DNA of 64,000 bases from positions 13,950,001 to 14,014,000 of the forward strand of contig NC_043004.1 of NCBI RefSeq assembly GCF_006345805.1. The letters are read 5' to 3'. Below, piece after piece: positions 63,269 to 64,000 of this stretch (its first letter is position 1; each line of letters starts with the position of its first letter). The position numbers and the translations under genes are program-made. Below the pieces are notes generated by a model, which was not told the DNA's origin, did not search any database, and saw only the letters and a program-made list of their open reading frames with translations. The DNA comes from Octopus sinensis (taxonomy: Eukaryota).

Positions 63269-64000
63269 TATTAGTTCGTCAAGTATGAAATTTGTCGTAA
63301 GTTATATGGTAATTTTGCGCCATTGTTATATTTTGACAATCTTTATTTTTTGCTAGGAAGCTGACACATCTATTTCTTTATTCTACCGCATTTTGCGCTT
63401 TATAAATATTTATAAATCAATTATTCCTATTTTTGTAGAGATGGATAAGTCGGAAATTCGTACAGTTTTGAAATATGAGTTCTTTCTTGGAAATACCGCA
63501 TAGCAGACAGCTCGAAATATTTATGGAGTATTTCATTCTAATGTTATTACAAAGCAGACAGTATCAAATTGGTTTGAAAATTTTGTTCTGGTAACTTTGA
63601 TCTCACAAATGAGCTACGCGGTCGACCAGAAATAAAGGTGGATAATGACGAACTGAAAGCCACCGTCGAATCAGATCCATCTCAAAGTGCCTGTGAATTA
63701 TCGTTGTTGTTTGATGTTACCAAGAAAAAAAATAATGACTCCACTAGTTCGAATCGGCAAAGTGAAAAAGTTGGATAAGTGGGTGCACATGAATTCAATG
63801 AAAATCAGAAATAGCAACGTTTGGAAGCTTGCATTATGCTACTTTCTCATCACAAAAATGAATCAATTTTGAATAGAATTGTAACATGTGATGAGAAATG
63901 AATCCAATACAGCAACCGTAAACGTTCAGCACAATGGTTGGACAAAGACGAGCCACCAAAACAGTTCAAAAAACAAAATTCATCAAAAGAAGCTGATGGT
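63269..64000 (+). mobile_element. Mariner transposon (Mos1-like TIR) with disrupted transposase, truncated by window end
   Basis: TIR tattagttcgtcaagtatgaaatttgtcgt at 63269-63298. From 63441: MDKSEIRTVLKYEF...TARNI...WFENF.SGNFDL...RGRP...DELKA.VE.DP...KLDKWV.HE...RIVTCDEK*IQYSNRKR, with stops and frameshifts. Confidence 0.95.

Overview
AT-rich, microsatellite-dense eukaryotic DNA with no confidently identifiable host protein-coding gene. It looks intronic or intergenic; the SINE families and composition suggest an octopus genome (inference). Almost all ORFs in the supplied track are microsatellite artefacts or retroelement fragments. Recognisable elements: several tRNA-derived SINE families; a stack of six 5'-truncated R4/Dong-clade restriction-like-endonuclease retrotransposon copies inserted head-to-tail in (TAA)n (37.0-45.7 kb); an RTE fragment; a LINE ORF1/ORF2 junction; two Penelope-like (GIY-YIG) remnants; a pogo/Tc2-like MITE; a mariner pseudogene; and a diverged ~2 kb tandem duplication (56.8-62.2 kb). 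The main discovery is 14 hammerhead-ribozyme motifs found by hand in about 8 unrelated sequence families, 8 of them with an intact catalytic core. Most are minimal type-I motifs with a self-complementary helix III, and many occur as outward-facing inverted pairs: palindromes at 3.2-3.5 kb and 11.0-11.5 kb, and 122-bp terminal inverted repeats around a Penelope remnant at 24.0-26.9 kb. One family sits at the 3' end of a tRNA-headed SINE. A full type-I GUC hammerhead lies in a 365-nt tandem plus inverted retrozyme-like repeat at 59.4-60.3 kb. All folds were read by eye; no cleavage activity has been tested.
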